Source of the DNA: Candidatus Nomurabacteria bacterium
GTDB lineage: Bacteria > Patescibacteriota > Minisyncoccia > Phycocordibacterales > UBA9973
Direction: 5' to 3'
Assembly (NCBI GenBank): GCA_023267195.1
Contig: JAHFNT010000005.1
Span: 14,875 to 78,874, forward strand
DNA: 64,000 nucleotides
This document shows, in pieces, positions 11,113 through 21,047 of the stretch. The position numbers and the translations under genes are program-made. The notes below the pieces were generated by a model, which ran no database searches, was not told the origin of the DNA, and was given only the letters and a program-made list of their open reading frames with translations. The number at the start of each line of letters is the position of its first letter. Within the stretch, counting starts at the first letter, position 1.

Positions 11113-11897
11113 ATATTTATTTCGCCCTCAAACACACATACAGCCGGACCAGTCAGCCAGATATTTTGATAAACACCTTTTCCAGCTTTTTCAAATTCCA
11201 CAGTCAAATCTCCACCCGGCATTTTTATATGACAAACATTTTCTTTTAAAATCCCAAGATGATGTGAAGCGATTGCCACAGAACAAGCTCCTGTTCCGCA
11301 GGCAAGTGTTTCATCTTCTACACCTCGTTCATAAGTGCGTACATAAAAAATGCCGTTTTTATTTTCTACATAATTCACATTTACCCCTTTGGGGTTTTGG
11401 CCATTGTCGCGAATTTTGCGCGCTTCAATGCAGATAGGGAAGCTTTCTATATTTACGACAAATTGAATATGGTGCGGGGTAGTACCTGAACACAAAAAAG
11501 GTAAGCCATTTTTTTCTCCAATTTCATTTACATTCTGCATTTTTAACTTTATTAAACCACTATCTAATATTTCTGCTTCATGCTCTCCATCTACCGCGAT
11601 GAATTTTACTTTTTTGGGATTTTTGATAATTTTTAAAACACTATTAGCAAAATGTACGATACACCTCCCACCGTTTCCGCACATGCTTCCCATGCTTCCA
11701 TCGTTGTTGATGAAGACCATTCTGAAATCAAAATTTCTCTCTTTTTCTAAAAGTATTACCCCGTCTGCCCCTATCCCAAAGCGTCGATGGCATAAATATT
11801 TGATATTTTCTTGATCGTTTACGGAAAATACTTTCTCTCGATTGTCTATCATTATGAAATCATTTCCGGCGCCATGGTATTTGTAAAATTTGAGCAT
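11109..11897 (-). CDS. dapF: diaminopimelate epimerase
   Basis: YHGAGNDFIMID N-terminus and the two catalytic Cys motifs CGNGGRC and CGTGACS. 4-nt overlap with the downstream gene. Confidence 0.9.
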   Translation of the reverse strand: MLKFYKYHGAGNDFIMIDNREKVFSVNDQENIKYLCHRRFGIGADGVILLEKERNFDFRMVFINNDGSMGSMCGNGGRCIVHFANSVLKIIKNPKKVKFIAVDGEHEAEILDSGLIKLKMQNVNEIGEKNGLPFLCSGTTPHHIQFVVNIESFPICIEARKIRDNGQNPKGVNVNYVENKNGIFYVRTYERGVEDETLACGTGACSVAIASHHLGILKENVCHIKMPGGDLTVEFEKAGKGVYQNIWLTGPAVCVFEGEINI

Positions 11898-11925
11898 TCT
11901 TGGATTATATACTATAATTTAATAT

Positions 11926-12426
11926 ATGAAAATCTATATTGGCTCTGATCACACTGGGTATGAATTAAAAGAAAAATTAAAAAAATATTTAAGTGAACTT
12001 GAGCTTGGATATGAGGTGGTGGATAAGGGTGCCTTTAAATATGATGCTGATGATGATTACCCAGATTTTATCGAGCCGGTGGCGGAAGCTGTCGCTAGTG
12101 AAGAGGGGAGCCTCGGTGTCATTCTCGGCGGCTCAGGGCAAGGAGAAGCCATGTGCGCAAATAGAGTAAGGGGTGCACGAGCAGCAGTGTTTTATAGCGA
12201 AGCTTTTCCTAAAGAAGCTATTGATATAAATGGTGGTAAAAGCGAGGATTCTTTTGAAATTGTAAAGCTTGCAAGAATACATAATAACGCAAATATTTTA
12301 TCTTTAAGCGTCAGATTTTTATCCGAAGATCAAATAAAATTTGCTGTTGAACTTTTTCTTAAAACTCCATTTGGAAACGAAGAGAGGCATGTACGTCGCA
12401 TTAATAAACTAGAGCCTAGTGCCTAA
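11926..12426 (+). CDS. rpiB: ribose-5-phosphate isomerase B
   Basis: MKIYIGSDHTGYELKE is the canonical RpiB/LacAB N-terminus. Confidence 0.85.
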   Translation: MKIYIGSDHTGYELKEKLKKYLSELELGYEVVDKGAFKYDADDDYPDFIEPVAEAVASEEGSLGVILGGSGQGEAMCANRVRGARAAVFYSEAFPKEAIDINGGKSEDSFEIVKLARIHNNANILSLSVRFLSEDQIKFAVELFLKTPFGNEERHVRRINKLEPSA

Positions 12427-12430
12427 TTTT

Positions 12431-13135
12431 ATGGCTGAAATAGTTCCCGCAATTTTAGAAAAGAATTTTAATGAAATAAAAAATAAACTTACCTTTTTGC
12501 GCGGTCGGTCAAGGGTTGCGCATCTGGATTTTTGTGATGGAAGATTTGTGCCGAATCAGACATGGCCTTTCGCCTTCGGCGGGTTTAATGATCTTGATTT
12601 TGCAAAAATTATAAATGAAGAAGAAGGGATGCCCTTTTGGGAAGAATTTGATTTTGAGTTTGATTTAATGGTTGAAAATGCGATAGAAAATTTTGATATT
12701 TACATGAAGTTGGGCCCGAAAAGAATTATTTTTCATCCTCGAGGAGAAAAGGACCTAAAAGAATTCCAGCATTTTTTAGAAGGACTTGATATGTATGTGC
12801 GAGACAACGTAGAAATCGGCTTAGCTTTTCGTCCGAGTGATGATTTATCCGTCGTTTCACACTTGGCAAACAATGTGGACTTTTTGCACTGCATGGGTTC
12901 GGACAAGGTTGGGTTTCAGGGTGCTGGTGTTACTTTTGACGAGCGAACAATCGATAATATAAAATTTCTAAAGAAAAATATAGAAGGCATAGTAATCTCT
13001 GTCGATATTGGTATTAATTTAAATAATGCAGAGGAAATCTTGAAAGCTGGCGCCGACAGACTTTGCATCGGTTCTAGTATTTGGAAAAGTCCGGACCCTG
13101 TCGGCGCGCTCCAAAACTTTCAAAGTTTGGTATAA
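12431..13135 (+). CDS. rpe: ribulose-phosphate 3-epimerase family protein
   Basis: TIM-barrel RPE-like: IVPAIL, HLDFCDGRFVPNQTW (compare HxDxMDGxFVPN), C-terminal GAD motif. The ORF-track start at 12419 is a GTG; the ATG at 12431 is preferred. Confidence 0.7.
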   Translation: MAEIVPAILEKNFNEIKNKLTFLRGRSRVAHLDFCDGRFVPNQTWPFAFGGFNDLDFAKIINEEEGMPFWEEFDFEFDLMVENAIENFDIYMKLGPKRIIFHPRGEKDLKEFQHFLEGLDMYVRDNVEIGLAFRPSDDLSVVSHLANNVDFLHCMGSDKVGFQGAGVTFDERTIDNIKFLKKNIEGIVISVDIGINLNNAEEILKAGADRLCIGSSIWKSPDPVGALQNFQSLV

Positions 13136-13143
13136 TAAAAAGA

Positions 13144-14013
13144 ATGTCATTCTTGTCTGAAGATAAAATAAAAGAGCTCGCGAAAAAAGCAAACGAGATT
13201 CGGATGTCGATTATTGAAATGTTGGTGGAAGCGAAAAGCGGACACACGGCCGGGCCGCTCGGGATGGCAGATATTTTTACTCTTTTTTATTTTCATGTTT
13301 TAAAACACGATCCAAAAAATCCAAGTTGGGAAGAACGAGACAGGCTCGTGCTTTCAAACGGACACATTTGTCCAGTCTTGTATGCGACGATGGCGCACGC
13401 AGGGTATTTTCCATTAGAGGAATTGAAAACTCTGCGTAAATTCGGCACGCGCTTGCAAGGTCATCCACACCGAGAATATATGCCCTGGGTAGAAAATAGT
13501 TCTGGTCCGCTCGGTTCTGGGCTTTCACAAGCAGTCGGTATGGCGCTCGCAGATAAAATGGATGGTTCGGCTTCGCTCACCACAGGCAAAAAAATGCCAG
13601 ATCGGTTTATTTATGCTTTTTTGTCAGACGGGGAAATGGATGAAGGCAATACCTGGGAAGCGGTGATGCTTGCCGGAAAACATAAACTTCACAACCTGAT
13701 CGCAATTGTGGACCGAAATAATATTCAGATTGAGGGATATACTGAAGACGTGCTGCCACTCGAGCCTTTTCATGCTAAGTGGAAAAGTTTTAATTGGCAT
13801 GTGATAGAAGTTTCTGGACATGATTTTAGATTTCTAAACGAAGTAATAGAAGAAGCGCAAGCTGTTTACGAAAAGCCGACAGTCATCATCGCGCATACGA
13901 TACCCGGTAAAGGCGTCAAAGAATTTGAGAGAAATTATAAATGGCATGGCAAACCGCCCTCCAAAGAAGAAGGGGAAATGGCCTTAGAAGAACTTAATAA
14001 TAATCGATTCTAG
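13144..14013 (+). CDS. transketolase, N-terminal (TPP-binding) subunit
   Basis: SGHTAGPLGMADIF and GHPH TPP-binding motifs. ~290 aa, i.e. the split-transketolase N half. The ATG at 13144 is preferred over the upstream extension. Confidence 0.88.
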   Translation: MSFLSEDKIKELAKKANEIRMSIIEMLVEAKSGHTAGPLGMADIFTLFYFHVLKHDPKNPSWEERDRLVLSNGHICPVLYATMAHAGYFPLEELKTLRKFGTRLQGHPHREYMPWVENSSGPLGSGLSQAVGMALADKMDGSASLTTGKKMPDRFIYAFLSDGEMDEGNTWEAVMLAGKHKLHNLIAIVDRNNIQIEGYTEDVLPLEPFHAKWKSFNWHVIEVSGHDFRFLNEVIEEAQAVYEKPTVIIAHTIPGKGVKEFERNYKWHGKPPSKEEGEMALEELNNNRF

Positions 14014-14018
14014 AATAT

Positions 14019-14315
14019 ATGAATATAAATTTAAAAAATATATTTCAATTGATCTTTTATGGGTTAATAGCTTATTTTTCTGGTATATTATCTTATGATT
14101 CTATTAGTAGATTTACCAATGATTTATTTCCTGTAATATTTACAGTTGTTTCTTTACTAGGATTTGTAGGTTCTTTGGTTAAAATTGCTCAAATATTAAG
14201 TAATAAAGAGAATACAAAACTTGCAATTTTATCTAATATTGGTATTGGATTTTTTATTGTTATTATTTTTGCAATAATAGCCTATCTTTTTATTATTCTC
14301 TCATTATGGCATTAA
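14019..14315 (+). CDS. hypothetical small membrane protein inserted between the transketolase halves
   Basis: 98 aa with 3 predicted TM helices. Very AT-rich relative to its flanks. Confidence 0.35.
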   Translation: MNINLKNIFQLIFYGLIAYFSGILSYDSISRFTNDLFPVIFTVVSLLGFVGSLVKIAQILSNKENTKLAILSNIGIGFFIVIIFAIIAYLFIILSLWH

Positions 14316-14322
14316 TTATTTT

Positions 14323-15321
14323 ATGTTAAACCCAAAGCTAAAACTTAACACTAAACTATTTAATACGGACGTCGAGCAGGTGCCGATCCGTAAAGGTTTT
14401 GGGCAAGGATTACTTATGGCAGGCGAAGCGGATTCCAGTGTCGTCGGACTTTGTGCCGATTTGACTGAAAGCACACAGATGAATTTATTTGCCGATAAAT
14501 TTCCAGATCGGTTTATTCAAGTCGGAGTCGCGGAACAAAATCTGGTAACGGTGGCTTCCGGGATGGCAGCAATGGGAAAAATTCCATTTTGTTCTTCATA
14601 TGCGATGTTTTCACCGGGCAGAAACTGGGAACAAATTCGCACGACGATCACTTATAACGACCGGCCGGTAAAAATCGTCGGCTCACATTCAGGAATTTCT
14701 GTCGGGCCAGACGGAGGGACGCATCAGGCGCTTGAAGACATCGCGCTCATGCGTGTGATGCCGAACATTGATGTCATTTCTCCTTGTGATGCTATCGAAG
14801 CCAAAAAAGCGACGTTGGCGCTCGCCAAAACTGGCAAGCCAGCATATTTGCGTCTGGTTCGCGAGAAAACTCCGATTATTACAACCGAAGAAACTCCTTT
14901 TAATATAAACAAAGCAGAGATTTACTGGCTGCCGGATGTCGGGCTCGCGCAGGTCGGAATCATCGCGACTGGTGGTCTTCTTTACCGCGCACTATTGGCG
15001 GCCAAAGAATTAGAAGCCGAAGGAATAAAAACTAAAGTGCTGAATCTAGCTTCCATCAAGCCGATGGATGTAGAAGCTGTCGTGGCGTTAGCGAAAGAAA
15101 CGAAAGCAATTGTGACCGTGGAAGAACATCAGGTAGCTGGAGGTATGGGAGGGGCGGTGGCAGAAGTGCTCGCGCAAAATTTTCCTGTACCTATGGAATT
15201 TATCGGTGTGCAGGACAAATTTGGGCAAAGTGGTACACCAGACGAACTGGTGGAACATTATGGCATGGGAAAAAATTCTATCAAAGAAGCAGTGCAAAAA
15301 GTATTAGCTAGAAAAATTTAG
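14323..15321 (+). CDS. transketolase, C-terminal (pyrimidine-binding) subunit
   Basis: Transketolase pyrimidine-binding and C-terminal domains (GFGQGL..., EQNLVTVASGMA, SHSGISVGPDGGTHQ). Confidence 0.88.
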   Translation: MLNPKLKLNTKLFNTDVEQVPIRKGFGQGLLMAGEADSSVVGLCADLTESTQMNLFADKFPDRFIQVGVAEQNLVTVASGMAAMGKIPFCSSYAMFSPGRNWEQIRTTITYNDRPVKIVGSHSGISVGPDGGTHQALEDIALMRVMPNIDVISPCDAIEAKKATLALAKTGKPAYLRLVREKTPIITTEETPFNINKAEIYWLPDVGLAQVGIIATGGLLYRALLAAKELEAEGIKTKVLNLASIKPMDVEAVVALAKETKAIVTVEEHQVAGGMGGAVAEVLAQNFPVPMEFIGVQDKFGQSGTPDELVEHYGMGKNSIKEAVQKVLARKI

Positions 15322-15326
15322 ATTTT

Positions 15327-16337
15327 TTAATTGATTTTGGTAGCTTTATAATCTTCTGGAGCATTTTTTAAATACTCTTCCAATTTTTCACGAGTAAGGA
15401 GGCCTTTTTGCGCGCCAATTTCTTGTACAACTGACATAGAATTAATCGGACCCCAAGTAAAAGCTTCAAGAGGGGAAAAACCTAATGCAAGCGCACAAGC
15501 AATGGTGGAAGAAAAAGCATCTCCCGCGCCAGTGCGTTCGAGTGGTGGTGCGATGTCGGGGTATATTGGAATATGCCAAAGTTCAGCATCTAGATAAAGA
15601 TAAGCCCCATTTGATTCGTCGCTTATTACGACAATTTTAGGACCGAGGGTATGGATACCTTTTGATAATTCTAAGATATCTCTTTTATCTTTCTCTTTTT
15701 GTAGAATTTTCTCTGCCTCTTCAACATTACAGAAAAATATTTCCGATCTTTTGTAAATATCTTTTAGTTTTTCTGTTCCGAGTTTTATCTGAAAAGTTCC
15801 CGGTTGAAAAGCTAGCTTGGTATTTGGATGGTCGTTTAAATATTTTGATATTTCTTCATGATACTCAAGTGAATCTTCTGCAAGCGAGCTTAAATACATC
15901 CAAGCTACTTCCCCAAGTGGTGGTAATTTATAATTAAATTTTCCGTGTTTGATTAAGATTGTTCGGTCAATATCATACCAGAGTACATAATGGTAATTAG
16001 TCAGCTTGTCTTTCTCCGTGGTTATATATTTAGTAGAGACTTTTTCATTTTCTAAGCTTTCTAGGCAGTGCTTGCCATGTTTATCGTCTCCAATATTTGT
16101 GACCAGGGCGGATTTCAAGCCGAGACGGGAGGCGGCAACAGCGGCATTCGGACTATTGCCTACAGCGTGGATGACATCTACTGATTCATAAGGAACTTTA
16201 TCTCCAAAGCGTACACACAGTTCGCAGGCGTCGCTATCTATCTTACAATGCACATGTGCATCTTTCAGCCTAATGAACGCATCTATGACAATATCCCCAA
16301 TTGCCAAAAAGTCTATTGTGTTTTCGTTTTCATCCAT
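15327..16337 (-). CDS. PfkB-family carbohydrate/nucleoside kinase (ribokinase-like)
   Basis: Ribokinase fold: N-terminal FLAIGDIVID and a C-terminal GAGDAFSS anion-hole motif. Confidence 0.75.
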   Translation of the reverse strand: MDENENTIDFLAIGDIVIDAFIRLKDAHVHCKIDSDACELCVRFGDKVPYESVDVIHAVGNSPNAAVAASRLGLKSALVTNIGDDKHGKHCLESLENEKVSTKYITTEKDKLTNYHYVLWYDIDRTILIKHGKFNYKLPPLGEVAWMYLSSLAEDSLEYHEEISKYLNDHPNTKLAFQPGTFQIKLGTEKLKDIYKRSEIFFCNVEEAEKILQKEKDKRDILELSKGIHTLGPKIVVISDESNGAYLYLDAELWHIPIYPDIAPPLERTGAGDAFSSTIACALALGFSPLEAFTWGPINSMSVVQEIGAQKGLLTREKLEEYLKNAPEDYKATKIN

Positions 16338-16383
16338 GTTACCATTGTAGCATAAAATATATAATAAATAATATGCAAATTAT

Positions 16384-17877
16384 ATGTATAAAAAAATAGT
16401 GTTGGTTTTATCCGTAGTTGCTTTTTTCTTTGTATATAATTTCGCATTCGCTAGTTTGGTTATCAATGAAATAATGTATGATTTGTCCGGCTCTGACTCC
16501 ACAAGCAGTAAGAGCAGGGAATGGGTTGAAGTTTACAATCCGGATGGAGTCAATGTTGATGTCGATGCTTCCAAGTGGAGGATTTACGATGGTTCTGCCA
16601 ATAGGACAATTAACGGAGAGGTAAATTTTTCCATTCCTGCTGGCGGATATATTATTTTCGCTGGTGATAAAGATGCTTTCCTTCTAGATCATGCTGGTTT
16701 TTCCGGAATAGTTTATGACACCGGAATTACGAGTTTAAATAATGCCGGTGCAATTTTAAAAGTTTTAGATCAGGATTTGAATATCATTGATTCAGTCACC
16801 TATGCATCTTCGCAGGGCGGGGCTGGAGATGGGAATTCTTTGCAAAAAATTGCAGGCGGTTGGCAAGGCGCCAGCCCCACCCCCGGTGTGCAGAATGAAA
16901 CTTCCGTGCCACCGCCTGTGCCACCAAGCGAAAATAATCAAACAAGCACAAGTTCTTCCACTCAATCAAGTTCAAGTTCTTCAGAGGTAAAAATTCCGAC
17001 TATCGAGGAACGGAAAATTAAAACCCAAATTATTGGCAAGACTCTTGGTTTTGCTGGTGTGCCGGTTTTACTTGAGGGTAGGGTGTACGATTCTGAGGAC
17101 AAGGATGTGCATTACGGAAAGCTCTTTTGGAATTTCGGCGACGGAGATTCTGTAGAAATCAGACTTCCTTACAACAACCCGCAATCCCATATTTATTTTT
17201 ATCCTGGCGACTACGTCGTTTCGCTTGCTTATTATCAAGATTATTATGCCAACGTTCCGGTCGCTACGAGCCAGTTAGGTCTAAAAGTTGTTTCGGCGCA
17301 AATTTCTGTGAGCAAAGTAGGGGATGAAAAAGATTTTTTTGTGGAGCTTTCCAATAACACGGAGTATAATGCGGATTTATCAAATTGGATTTTGTCTGCC
17401 GGCGCAAAAACTTTTGTTTTACCCGTAAATACAAATCTTGGTCCAGGGAAGAAAATTATTATTTCTCCTAAAATTACCAGTTTTTCTTTTGCTGATAAAA
17501 ATTCTCTAAAATTAATGACTGCGCAAAGGGAAATCGTTTTTGATTATGGGGATGCAGAGAAAAGTATAGTAACAGAACCACCCAAATCCTCCTTACCTCG
17601 GGGGCAGAATCCAGATTTTCCCTCTTCTTTTAAGAGGAAGTTAGAAGAAGTCGATGTTCCTATTTCCGTATCTGTTCCCGGTATATCTGAAAATTTACCA
17701 GCTTTAGCTTTAAATAGCGACGGACCAGAATTAGGCCAAGAAAGTTCATATTCTTTTCCATTTATTCCTGTTGTTTCCTTTTTGTTCATCGGAGCTTCAG
17801 CCAGCGCGGTATATTACGTTCGTCGGAAAATGGTTGTTCCCCAGTCCGGAAGTGATTTTGAGATTCTCGATGAGTAG
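16384..17877 (+). CDS. lamin-tail-domain (LTD) surface protein with Ser-rich linker and C-terminal TM anchor
   Basis: Signal/TM at the N-terminus. LVINEIMYDLSGSD...EWVEVYNP...SKWRI is the LTD signature. Poly-Ser/Thr linker. C-terminal hydrophobic helix followed by RRK. Confidence 0.6.
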   Translation: MYKKIVLVLSVVAFFFVYNFAFASLVINEIMYDLSGSDSTSSKSREWVEVYNPDGVNVDVDASKWRIYDGSANRTINGEVNFSIPAGGYIIFAGDKDAFLLDHAGFSGIVYDTGITSLNNAGAILKVLDQDLNIIDSVTYASSQGGAGDGNSLQKIAGGWQGASPTPGVQNETSVPPPVPPSENNQTSTSSSTQSSSSSSEVKIPTIEERKIKTQIIGKTLGFAGVPVLLEGRVYDSEDKDVHYGKLFWNFGDGDSVEIRLPYNNPQSHIYFYPGDYVVSLAYYQDYYANVPVATSQLGLKVVSAQISVSKVGDEKDFFVELSNNTEYNADLSNWILSAGAKTFVLPVNTNLGPGKKIIISPKITSFSFADKNSLKLMTAQREIVFDYGDAEKSIVTEPPKSSLPRGQNPDFPSSFKRKLEEVDVPISVSVPGISENLPALALNSDGPELGQESSYSFPFIPVVSFLFIGASASAVYYVRRKMVVPQSGSDFEILDE

Positions 17878-17892
17878 TGATATATTTGATCC

Positions 17893-19740
17893 ATGTGTGG
17901 CATTGTCGGATACATTGGGAAAAGGGAAGCCTATCCTATTTTAATTAAAGGTCTAGAACGATTGGAGTATCGCGGTTATGATTCTGCGGGAGTAGCACTT
18001 TTGAACGAGGGTGTTTTTTCTGTGCATAAGAAAAAAGGCAAGGTCGTAGAGCTAAAGAAGCTTGTTGCACATAAAAAACTTTTAGGCAAAGTGGGAATTG
18101 CGCATACTCGCTGGGCTACTCATGGTATACCTTCAGATAAAAATGCTCACCCGCAGTTATCAAATTCCGGAGACATTATTATCGTACATAACGGTATTAT
18201 AGAAAATTATTTGACCATTAAAAAAGTATTAACAAAAAAAGGCTATAAGTTTTATAGTGATACAGATACGGAAGTTTTAGCAAACTTGATTGAAGACATT
18301 AAAAAAAATACAAAAGTTAACCTTGGCGAAGCAGTACGTTTGGCCCTGCTTGAAATCGATGGCGCTTATGGAATTTTAGTTTTAGCGAAGGACGAGCCTG
18401 ATACTATTGTTGTTGCCAAAATTGGCTCTCCGGCGGTAATCGGAGTTGGCGGAAGCAAAACAAACCCAGAATTTTTTATTGCCTCCGACGCGACACCGAT
18501 CATAGAATATACCGACAGAGTTATTTATTTAGAAGATAGGGAAATGGGAATAATCAAGAATGGGGAACTGACAATCAAAACAATTCAAAATAAGATAGTT
18601 AATCCTTATGTGCATAAGCTGGAGATGAAGATTGAAGAGCTGGAGAAGGGGGGGTTTGAACATTTTATGCTAAAGGAAATTTTCGAACAGCCGGAAGCAC
18701 TACATAGCACCATTCGCGGTCGATTAATTGAAAGTGACGGGAATATAAAATTTGGGGGTTTAGAAAAGTTTCAAAAAGAATTAAAAAATCTTCGCAGTCT
18801 TACAGTGGTGGCTATGGGAACTGCTCGTTTTACCGGACTTATTGGAGAATATGCTCTGGAAGAATTGGCAGATATTCCAACCAAAGTAGAATATGGGTCT
18901 GAGTTTACTTACCGCAAAAAAGCGATTGCAAAAAATTCTGGGTTACTTGCAATTTCTCAATCGGGAGAAACGGCTGATACGCTCAATTCTATTAAAGAAG
19001 CGAAACGTAAAGGTATGTTGACACTCGGTATTGTAAATGTTATCGGCTCAAGTATCGCTCGGGAAGTGGATGCCGGTATTTATAATCACGTGGGTCCTGA
19101 AACAGCCGTAGCCTCGACTAAAGCTTCCACTTCACAAGTTTTACTGCAAATTATGCTGGCAATTTATTTAGGCAGAATGCGCGGGCTTACAAAAAAAGAA
19201 GGGCAGACCATCCTAAAAGAAATACAGAAACTTCCGGAATTGGCGGCAAAAACGCTTAAAAATAGCGACCAAATAAAAAATCTAGCAAAAAAATATAAAA
19301 AAATCGAGCACTTTTTTTTCCTTGGTAGAAAATACAACGCCGGCACAGCTATGGAGGGTGCCCTCAAAATGAAGGAATGTTCATATATCCACGCCGAAGG
19401 TATGAATGCGACAGAATTAAAACACGGTCCGCTTTCCCTTATTGATGAAAATTTTCCTTCATTGGTTATTGCGCCAATGGATAGTATGTACGAAAAAAGT
19501 AAAAGTTCTATTCAGGAAATTAAAGCGCGCGGAGGGCTGGTTATTGCGCTGACCACCGAAGGTAACAAAGAGCTAGAGAAAATTGCCAATGATGTGATTT
19601 ATATTCCTAAAACACTAGAGATGCTCACCCCCATTCTCGCCTTTATTCCAATGCAACTCTTTGCCTATTACATAGCAGTCGAGCGAGGTAACGATGTCGA
19701 CAAGCCTCGCAATTTAGCCAAGAGTGTGACGGTGGAATAA
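17893..19740 (+). CDS. glmS: glutamine--fructose-6-phosphate aminotransferase
   Basis: MCGIVGY (Ntn Cys2), two SIS domains, C-terminal ...VTVE. Confidence 0.92.
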   Translation: MCGIVGYIGKREAYPILIKGLERLEYRGYDSAGVALLNEGVFSVHKKKGKVVELKKLVAHKKLLGKVGIAHTRWATHGIPSDKNAHPQLSNSGDIIIVHNGIIENYLTIKKVLTKKGYKFYSDTDTEVLANLIEDIKKNTKVNLGEAVRLALLEIDGAYGILVLAKDEPDTIVVAKIGSPAVIGVGGSKTNPEFFIASDATPIIEYTDRVIYLEDREMGIIKNGELTIKTIQNKIVNPYVHKLEMKIEELEKGGFEHFMLKEIFEQPEALHSTIRGRLIESDGNIKFGGLEKFQKELKNLRSLTVVAMGTARFTGLIGEYALEELADIPTKVEYGSEFTYRKKAIAKNSGLLAISQSGETADTLNSIKEAKRKGMLTLGIVNVIGSSIAREVDAGIYNHVGPETAVASTKASTSQVLLQIMLAIYLGRMRGLTKKEGQTILKEIQKLPELAAKTLKNSDQIKNLAKKYKKIEHFFFLGRKYNAGTAMEGALKMKECSYIHAEGMNATELKHGPLSLIDENFPSLVIAPMDSMYEKSKSSIQEIKARGGLVIALTTEGNKELEKIANDVIYIPKTLEMLTPILAFIPMQLFAYYIAVERGNDVDKPRNLAKSVTVE

Positions 19741-19744
19741 AATT

Positions 19745-20077
19745 ATGGAAATAATTTCAACAAAAGAAAATAAAAGTTATGGAATAAAATTTGAAGCCAA
19801 AGAAGACAAGAAGCTTTTTGGGTGGGCGTATCTTTATATTATGTATAACGATTTGCACGAAGAGCCATTTGGGTTTCTGGAAAATGTTTTTGTAAAGGAA
19901 GAACATCGGGGCAAGGGAATAGGCAAAAAGTTGATTGAAAATGTAATTAACGAAGCTAAACGTCATAATTGCTATAAGTTGGTTGGCACTAGCCGCTATG
20001 AGCGGTCGGAAGTGCATGCTATGTATATTAAAATTGGTTTTAAGGACTACGGAAAAGAATTTAGAATGGATTTTTAA
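19745..20077 (+). CDS. GNAT family N-acetyltransferase
   Basis: ENVFVKEEHRGKGIGKKLIE is the acetyl-CoA-binding motif A (R/Q-x-x-G-x-G/A). Confidence 0.7.
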   Translation: MEIISTKENKSYGIKFEAKEDKKLFGWAYLYIMYNDLHEEPFGFLENVFVKEEHRGKGIGKKLIENVINEAKRHNCYKLVGTSRYERSEVHAMYIKIGFKDYGKEFRMDF

Positions 20078-20093
20078 TATAATAAATATATCT

Positions 20094-21044
20094 ATGCAAG
20101 AAAAAATTTTAGTTATCGGGGCGTGCGGACAAATTGGGGTAGAGCTTACGGCAACCTTGCGTAAAAAATATGGGAGTGAGAATATAATTGCTTCAGATGT
20201 TCGCGAAGAAAATGCGCTTCTTGTGGGTACTGGACCGTTTGTTATTTTAGATGCGATGAATAAGGGAACGATTCAGACACTCATAAAAAAAGAAAAAATT
20301 ACCATAGTATATTTGCTAGCAGCGCTCCTGTCTGCGACTGGTGAAAAAAATCCAAAACTTTGCTGGGAACTCAATATGGAGAGTTTACAAAATGTTTTAG
20401 ACATTGGTGTAGAAGAAAAGTTAAAAATATTTTGGCCTTCCTCTATTGCTGTTTTTGGCACCACAACCCCAAGAGAAAATACCCCACAAAAGACCGTTAT
20501 TGAGCCGACGACAATGTATGGGGTGACTAAATATGCAGGAGAGCTTTTGTGCCAGTATTATAAAAAAAGATTTGGTCTCGATGTTAGGAGTGTGCGTTAT
20601 CCCGGACTTATTAGTTGGAAGTCCGAGCCAGGCGGGGGAACTACAGACTACGCGGTAGATATATTTTATGGAGCGATTAGAGAGGGTAAATATACTAGCT
20701 TTCTTTCCGAAAATACATATTTGCCGATGATGTATATGGATGATGCCATCCGGGCGACACTGGAATTAATGACTGCACCGAAAGAAAAGTTAAAAAATAG
20801 CCTGGCATATAACTTATCCGCCATTAGTTTTTCTCCTAAGGAAATTGCCGAAGCCATAAAAAAGCGAATACCAAATTTTGAAATTAGTTATGAGCCAGAT
20901 TTTCATCAGCCAATTGCGGATAGCTGGCCGAAGAGTATTGATGATAGTGTAGCTAGAGCAGACTGGGGCTGGCACCATGAGTATGATTTAGAAAAAATGG
21001 TGAGTGTGATGCTAGAGAATTTAAAAATGAAATTGGTAAAATAA
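20094..21044 (+). CDS. tdh: NAD-dependent epimerase/dehydratase family L-threonine 3-dehydrogenase
   Basis: ILVIGACGQIG Rossmann motif, an extended-SDR YxxxK fold, and immediately upstream of kbl (the tdh-kbl pair). The ATG at 20094 is preferred over the long upstream extension that overlaps the GNAT gene. Confidence 0.7.
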   Translation: MQEKILVIGACGQIGVELTATLRKKYGSENIIASDVREENALLVGTGPFVILDAMNKGTIQTLIKKEKITIVYLLAALLSATGEKNPKLCWELNMESLQNVLDIGVEEKLKIFWPSSIAVFGTTTPRENTPQKTVIEPTTMYGVTKYAGELLCQYYKKRFGLDVRSVRYPGLISWKSEPGGGTTDYAVDIFYGAIREGKYTSFLSENTYLPMMYMDDAIRATLELMTAPKEKLKNSLAYNLSAISFSPKEIAEAIKKRIPNFEISYEPDFHQPIADSWPKSIDDSVARADWGWHHEYDLEKMVSVMLENLKMKLVK

Positions 21045-21047
21045 TTT

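Noticed and set aside
13081-13143. Upstream extension of the transketolase N-subunit ORF (MEKSGPCRRAPKLSKFGIIKR)
   Set aside because: It overlaps the end of rpe. The conserved transketolase N-terminus begins at the ATG at 13144.
19983-20093. Long N-terminal extension of the tdh ORF overlapping the GNAT gene
   Set aside because: It begins at a non-ATG start and overlaps the GNAT frame. The Rossmann GxxGxxG follows directly after the ATG at 20094.
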